This document shows positions 37,083 through 37,256 of a stretch of 37,256 bases of DNA, piece after piece. Under the pieces are notes generated by a model, which had not been told where the DNA came from, made no database searches, and worked only from the letters and a program-made list of their open reading frames with translations. The DNA is from a virus. Both the position numbers and the translations under genes were made by a program. Location: the IMG/VR virus record IMGVR_UViG_3300031669_000108, positions 1-37,256 of that record. One strand, given 5' to 3'. The first letter of the stretch is position 1, and the number at the start of each line of letters is the position of its first letter.

Positions 37083-37216
37083 TTAAGCTACTAAAAATAT
37101 TTTGGTATAGATATATAAAACAAGTAATGATATGTAATTGTGGTTCTTTAGATATTAGTTTTAGCAGAGAAATACCAATGAATTATTATTGTGGAAAGTG
37201 TGGTAAAGTATGTTAA
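37079..37216 (+). CDS. Small Cys-rich protein (45 aa)
   Basis: MIKLLKIFWYRYIKQVMICNCGSLDISFSREIPMNYYCGKCGKVC. ATGA overlap with the MTase stop. Its 3-prime part is duplicated at 1-87 by the closure overlap. Confidence 0.45.
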   Translation: MIKLLKIFWYRYIKQVMICNCGSLDISFSREIPMNYYCGKCGKVC

Positions 37217-37256
37217 AGCTACTAAAAAGACTATTCGCAGAAGATATTGAAAAACA
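37130..37256. repeat. Assembly closure overlap, copy 2 (identical to 1-127)
   Basis: See the feature at 1-127. Confidence 0.9.

Overview
This window is a complete, AT-rich (about 30% G+C by eye) tailed-phage genome assembled as a circle. Bases 1-127 recur exactly at 37130-37256, so the unique length is 37,129 bp. All credible genes lie on the + strand, and the minus-strand ORFs in the track look like shadows of + strand genes. Following the circle, transcription appears to start at a 790-bp non-coding island (26870-27660). Next comes an early/replication-recombination block (27661-34240): small Zn-ribbon proteins, a DUF1376-like replication organiser, a DnaB-type helicase core, NinB-like and DUF968-like proteins, ERF, SSB. 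An accessory block follows (34.2-37.2 kb and 0-3 kb): a minimal C5-MTase-like protein, YopX, a DPPY N6/N4 DNA methyltransferase, an HNH homing endonuclease and many mini-ORFs. The T7-like morphogenesis block (3020-24325) holds TerS, TerL, portal, scaffold, T7 gp10-like capsid, tail tubular A/B analogues, three internal/ejection proteins including a 1,861-aa giant, and the tail fibre. A lysis cassette closes the operon (holin, overlapping i-/o-spanins, GH24 endolysin) followed by a RusA-like gene. I see no RNA polymerase, DNA polymerase, integrase or obvious repressor. Expression seems to rely on about 10 host sigma70-like promoters sharing a ttacTTGAC/TTGCA context. The overlapping spanin pair argues for a diderm (Gram-negative type), low-GC host. 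Most notable is an ART-PolyVal-type ADP-ribosyltransferase module inside the ejected giant core protein. The non-coding island is also unusual: iteron-like repeats, a 119-nt G-free tract, minus-strand promoters and a predicted ~130-nt minus-strand sRNA. Other points are three paralogous early promoter/leader cassettes sharing CGATTCGG and TGTATATA boxes, a methyltransferase cassette bracketed by direct repeats next to the HNH gene, and a GNAT moron between terL and portal. All functional calls come from motif recognition by eye and need HMM or structure searches to confirm.
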